From positions 186,001-250,000 of the forward strand of contig JAPMXV010000029.1 in NCBI GenBank assembly GCA_026936335.1: DNA of 64,000 bases. Direction: 5' to 3'. The notes beneath the pieces were generated by a model. That model was not told the origin of the DNA. It saw only the letters and a program-made list of their open reading frames with translations, and made no database searches. The translations under genes were made by a program, and so were the position numbers. Positions 58,262-64,000 of the stretch are shown in pieces. Each line of letters begins with the position of its first letter. The stretch's first letter is position 1. The DNA comes from Mantamonas sphyraenae STR306 (lineage: Eukaryota; Protista; CRuMs).

Positions 58262-61200
58262 ATGTCTGTGGCTGCTGAGAGCACAGACGAGCCGTACGTT
58301 GCCTCCGATGAGGAGGAGGACGAAGACGACGACGGCCTGGAGGATTTTGGACAGAAGATCGACCTGTGTGTTCGCATCCGCGAAATCCTCCTCAACTACC
58401 CGCAGGGTGCCACAGTGCTCTTTGAACTCATCCAGAACGCAGACGACGCAGAAGCAACAGAGGTTGCCTTTTGCATGGATTTGCGCACGCACGGCACAGA
58501 CGTCGCCTTTCCGGACATGGCTGCCTTCCAGGGCCCTGCCATCCTCGCCTACAACAACGCCGTGTTCAAGCCCCGCGACTTTGAGAGCATCCAGAGCATT
58601 GGCAACAGCCAGAAGAAGAAAGAGACGGGCAAGACGGGTCGTTTTGGGGTCAGTTGGCGGAACACACCGTGGGAATTGCCGGGCAAGCAGGAATAGGACT
58701 GAACTCACACCCACCGCGTGTACAGATTGGCTTCAATTCCGTGTACCACTTTACAGACGTGCCTTCCTTTGTCAGCGGGCCCTACATTGTGTACTTTGAC
58801 CCGCACTGCAAGTTTCTGCCCAATGTATCGCCGAGCAACCCGGGCAAACGCATCGACTTTACCAAACGCTCCCGCAAGAAGCCATCTCTGGTGCAAACGT
58901 ACCCGGACCAATTCCGCCCCTTTGAAATGTTTGGTTGTGACCTCAAGCAGCCGTTCAAGGGCACTCTGTTCCGCTTCGCCCTGCGAACGGAACGACAAGC
59001 ACGCAAGAGCCGTCTGAGCAACCGCAGCTACATGCGCCAAGACATCGATTCCATGTTTGCCGACTTTAAGAAGGAAGCCATCAATGCCCTGCTGTTCCTC
59101 AAGAGTGTCGGCTCTCTGCGTCTCTTTGTCATGCAAGATGGCATGGACAAGCCCGAGCCTCTCTTCAGCTGCGCCATCGCCAACCTCAACAAGCAGCTCA
59201 GTGCCGAACGATACTTCATGAAGCGGGCACTTCAGGACGCACAAGCACAAGTCAGCAAGAAGAGCAAGTCGTCGTGGCTGGGCGGCGGCGGCAGCTCTTC
59301 GAGTTCCTCGTCCTCCAACAGCAGCGACGGCGAAGCAGCCGCAAGCAATCACGCCATCGTGCTGCCCGACAAAGACCGGACCAACCAGCTTGTGCTCCAT
59401 GTGGACATTGTTGACCAGGAGGCCGATAGCCAGGTGCAGTCGCAGTGGCTTGTGACACAAGGATTGCGAGGCGCTGGCAGCCGAGCCCTGGCGAACGACA
59501 CCAACAGCAACAGCATGGGTGCACCGCTGATTCCATGGACAGGCACAGCATGTTGCCTGGACATGGATGTGCAGGGGCGTGCCTTTGTCTTTCTGCCCCT
59601 CCCGGTCAAGACCGGCCTCCCGGTACACATGAACGGCTTCTTTGAGATCAGCTCCAACCGCAGGGACATCTGGTACGGCACCGACATGCAGGGCCAGGGC
59701 AAGCTGCGATCGGATTGGAATTCCCTTCTGCTTCAGGAAGGCGTTGCTGACAACTACGCCGAGCTTGTGGGCCTGGCTCGCACACACATCGACGTGGTCA
59801 ACAACCTCGATCGCTACTACCAATTGTGGCCCGCGGAAATCCCACCCTTGCCTTGGGCCATGGTGGTGGAGCGACTTTACGCCACGCTACTCACCCAGGA
59901 TGTACTGTACACGGAGGCCGGCGGAGGCAGGTGGATTCGCGCCAGCCAGGCGCTGTTTGTGGACGACAGCGACACACTGCTGCAGCAAATTTGCCCCGTG
60001 TTGATTGGTTTGGGCATGAACATGGTGCGAGTGCCTGCACACGTGCTGCAAATGCTGAGTGTGGCTGCCATGCATGGAGGCAGCGAGCTGCACTTTGCCA
60101 CACCCGCCCTTGTGCGCCAAGCCCTTGTGCACTCGGGCGACAAAGGGCAAGTCGCCAGCGCCGACGCAGATATGGCACAACTGCTTCTGGAGTTTTGCAT
60201 GCGAGACTTGGGCCGGAAGGACGGCGACTATGCATCGTTGGTTGGGTTGCATCTGCTCCCCATGACGGACGGCTCCTTCCGTGCCTTTGACACTGCCGAG
60301 TCGCAAGTGATGAACCAAGACCTTCGCGACCATGTGTACCTGGCCGACAAGAAGCAGCATGCCCTATTGGCAGAACACCTGCCTGCATGTATGATCGACA
60401 CACGACGCATTGCAGACTCGCCGTTGCAGGCACACTTTGCCCAGTCACAACTGCTGCAAGAGACAAGCGTCACCTCAATGAGTGCACACACTCTCGGGGA
60501 GATGCTTGCGTACGTCATGCCCGATGCGTGGCGCGGAGCAGATGCTGTCAAGGTGTCCGACAGTCCCTTTGACGGTGGGTGGATCATCGAACTCCTCTCC
60601 TATCTGTTGCACGAGGGCCAGGACCACGTATTGGGACGCTGGCCTCTGGTTCCGTGCGAAGGGGACCTGCTGTGTCGCGTGGAAGCACAGGCGTCGAGTG
60701 TCATCCTTGATCCAGGCCACACGTTGCCCGATGATGTGCTCACATGCCTGGGCGTGCACTTTGTGGCTGGAAGCGAGAGCAACCATGTCCTTGCTCTGCC
60801 CAAGCGCCTTGTTCAGGAGCTGCAAGGTCGCGACCTCGTCCTTGCGGCCAACGCTCAGTCGATGCTACTGGCCATGTACAACGCAGCCCTGCAGTCCATG
60901 GACAGAGTGGTCCATGCCGTGCAAACTGGACGATCCACAGGTACACTCTCTGCGTGCACACCTGGCACACAACATCAACCGCCAGTGCTCCAACCAGGCC
61001 ATGGAGATCCTGCGCGCCTTGCCAATCCTCACCGTGTACCGTGCCCTCGAAGACAGGAAAATCGGTGCAGGGTCGCATGATGATCGCGATCTTTTTGTGG
61101 CATGCGCCACCGATGATCTGTGGGTAGCGCCGGCGGAGGTCCACGAGCAGCTCTTGACCGCATCCTTTGTCAAGCCGGTGCACGAAGAGTCTGACGCTGC

Positions 61201-64000
61201 GCTTTGGGCCCTCATGGGCATCCGCAAGATGCCGCTGTATCTATTCTACCCGAAGCACGTGCTGCCACGTCTTCCTGGCTTCCCCAGGGACGTGCGCGAC
61301 GATGCCATGCTCACCCTCATTGAACAGCTGCCTGCCATTTCCGAAACGCAACGCAGGCATCAAGTCAGACCTGGGCAAAATCCACTTTGTGTCCAGTCGC
61401 GACGCACAGAGCACAGACGACGGTGAGGAAAACCTGTTGTGCCCGCGTGAGATGTATGACCCGCGCGTGGATGTCCTGTGCCGCCTCTTGCCTGCCCGCT
61501 ACTTCCCGGGCGCGCCCTACGACACGTCGGACCACGTCCTGGACGTGTTGCGTCAACTGGGCATGCGAACAAGTATGGAGCGCGACAGCATCCTCGTGGC
61601 TTGCAGGCGCATTGAGGAGGACGTCGATACTGCGCAGTCCATTCTGCATCAAGCCGCAGAAGAGCAGCAGGAAAAGCACGACTTTGGCGAGGCGCAGCAC
61701 CGGTTGGACGACGCAATGGAGCGTGCACACGCCCTGCTCAACTATCTGGACCAACACGCCACGGCTGTGTTCAGCGAGCAGGGCAAGGGCGTGTCTGGAA
61801 TCAGCACAGCCGATTTCGTGCAGCAGATCATCACCATCGAGTGGCTTCCGGTCATGAAGCGTGTGGAGCACCCCGCGTTGCCGTGGCCACACGACGATGA
61901 CAAAGTGGTGGACTGTGTGGTGGGAACACGCCCCGCAGAGGAGCTGTGGCTTGTGTCGTGCAGCTGCAGTCTCCTCGACGGCCATTTGCAGTCCAAAACC
62001 ATGCGCAACGTCTTTGGATGGCACAGTAGCCCGTCTCCCATCATCATGTGTCACCAGCTCCTGTCCATGGCCGCGATCATGCGTGAGCTGAACGACGCAC
62101 AACCAGACACACAGGCCATGTACCACCAGTTGCCGCCCGCAGAGGTCGAGGCTGCAGAGAACAAGCGCCAAACCGTGCTGCAGGCCATGGCCACCCGTGT
62201 ACCCCTCCTCTACGAGCAGCTCAGTCAGAGTTTGCAACAGATGGACGATGAATCGGCCCAGCTCAAGGCCGTGTCTGTGTTGCAAGACAAGGAGTGGATC
62301 TGGATGGGTGGCGCGTTTGCACGCAGCCAAAACACGGCCTTTCACTGTCCCGTGCAGGCTGAGCCCCACCTGTACGCCATTCCAGGTGACATGGTTGCTT
62401 TCCGCTGGCTGTTTGAGCTGTGTGGCGTGCGCGACGAGTTTGCGGCCGCCGATCTGGTCAGCGTGCTCGACAGCCTGCAAAGCAAGTACGGCAAGGAGGC
62501 GGTGTTGAACGACGCTGACCTGCAAATGAGCATTGCTATCTGCCAGCGGCTGGCGTACATGGACCGCAGCAGCTACGAAGTGCTGGTGCCGTCGAAATTG
62601 GGCATGCTCTGTGTGTCCACAACGATGTGCTTCGACGACGCCCCCTGGCTCAAACAGTCTCAGAAAACACGCCAAGAGCGCGATTTCGTGCATCCACAGA
62701 TCTCCCACGAGGTCGCCTCGCTGCTCGGTGTTCGATCGCTGCGGCAGACACTCGTTTCGCAGTCGTCCGACGTCATGCAGTTTGACATGGACCAGGCCAG
62801 TGCAGAAGCATTTGGCCAGCACGAACCCCTGACAGGTCGCATTGCAAACATCCTGCAAAGCTATGCCATAGGCCCTCCCGTGCTGTACGAGATCCTGCAA
62901 AACGCAGACGACGCACAGGCCACACAGGTCCACTTTATCATCGACCGCACCCAGTATGGCACAAGCAGCCTCATGGCCCCTGGAATGAGCGAGTTCCAAG
63001 GCCCTGCTCTGCTCGTGTACAACGACAGTGTGTTTACGTCGCGCGATCTGCGACGCATCACGCGCTTGGGTGTCTCCTCCAAGAAGGAGGACGTGAGCAG
63101 CACTGGACGCTACGGTCTGGGCTTCAACTCGGTGTACCACTTTACAGACATGCCTGCATTTGTCAGCGACACCAACCTGGTGATCTTTGACCCTCATGCA
63201 CGCTATGTGCCGGGCACATCCTCTGCACAGCCGGGTCTCAAGATCAACTTTACACGCAGCAGCCTCGTGGACCAGTTTTCCGACTCGTTTGAGCCTTTCC
63301 GACGATGTGGCTGCACCCTGGACGAACCTTTTCGGGGCACCCTGTTCCGCCTTCCGCTGCGCACAACCAAGTTGGCAAAGGAAAGCGAGATCAAGCGTGC
63401 CGCGTACACTCTCGACGATTTGGAATCTCTTCTGACTGCGTTCCAGGAAATGGCCACTGAGGCCTTGCTGTTCATGAAGAACGTTCGGCGCATCTCCATC
63501 TTTGACCACAGCGGCGTTGACGGCGAAGAACCGCAGCTACTGTTTGAGACGGCTTTTACGGGCTTGGACAAAGAGACGCGCAAGAGCATGGAGACCATTC
63601 CCAAGTGGGTGTCGAGTCGCTCGTCGCACGAACGCATCCTCCGTGACTTGAGCAAGACCAGCGAGAGCAAGCTGCCCCTGTCTGTGGCCAACGTGGGCAT
63701 CACCACGCGTCTGGGAGACGAGCTGTCCATTGAGAGCCAATGGATGATCTGCAGCGTGATGTCTGGTGGAGCTGCCAAGGAGCTCACTGTCAGCGGACGC
63801 ATGGAGAACGAACTCAACGCACGTGTGCTGCCATGGTGCTCTGTCGCAGCCAAACTTGCAGACTCGCAGCAGAACGCGTCGACAGGCAGCAAAGAAGCGA
63901 CGTCGTCTTCGACATCATCGTCCTCATCCTCATCCGCAGCGGCGTCCTCGGCGTCCGCGTTGGGCATTGAAGGCCGCGCCTTTTGCGGCCTGCCCCTTCC
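58262..64000 (+). CDS. SACS: Sacsin-like protein, 3' partial; intron 58649-58725; apparent frameshifts near 60924 and 61345
   Basis: Two Hsp90-like sacsin repeats: FGQKIDL..RIREIL.NY...ELIQNADDA...FQGPA...GRFGIGFNSVYHFTD...GTLFRF.LR, and from about 62810 FGQHEPLT.RI..IL..Y...EILQNADDA...GRYGLGFNSVYHFTD. Confidence 0.93.

Overview
Gene-dense, GC-rich nuclear DNA from an unidentified microbial eukaryote. I can support about 25 protein genes with short spacers (about 20-280 bp in most cases), 23 GT-AG spliceosomal introns that I mapped by eye, and many (CA)n/(TG)n and trinucleotide microsatellites. No rRNA, tRNA, CRISPR array or autonomous mobile element was seen. Genes in order: HEAT-repeat protein (5' partial), mannose-6-P isomerase, SAPS-domain protein, NAD kinase, CNMT/CFA-like methyltransferase, calcyphosin-like, SPRING1-like, putative glycosyltransferase, ADP-ribosylglycohydrolase, ankyrin+polycystin channel, ABCB10-like, UTP25, COX6A, ING, PD-(D/E)XK exonuclease, PMCA, alpha-mannosidase, 2OG-Fe(II) oxygenase, FG-GAP/ASPIC-UnbV + heme peroxidase fusion, ATP-grasp ligase, ESS2, PRP8, cactin, WD40 protein, sacsin (3' partial). 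About ten single-base frameshifts in short homopolymers, two of them in PRP8, are most likely assembly errors. Best leads: (1) a secretory-pathway trio of 2OG oxygenase, beta-propeller-peroxidase fusion and membrane-anchored ATP-grasp ligase; (2) a TRP channel mixing group-1 and group-2 features, with a possible splice into the downstream ADP-ribosylhydrolase; (3) three adjacent co-directional spliceosome genes; (4) a recurrent (A)TGAAT 3'-end motif; (5) two RNA hairpins. All family calls come from motif recognition, not database searches.
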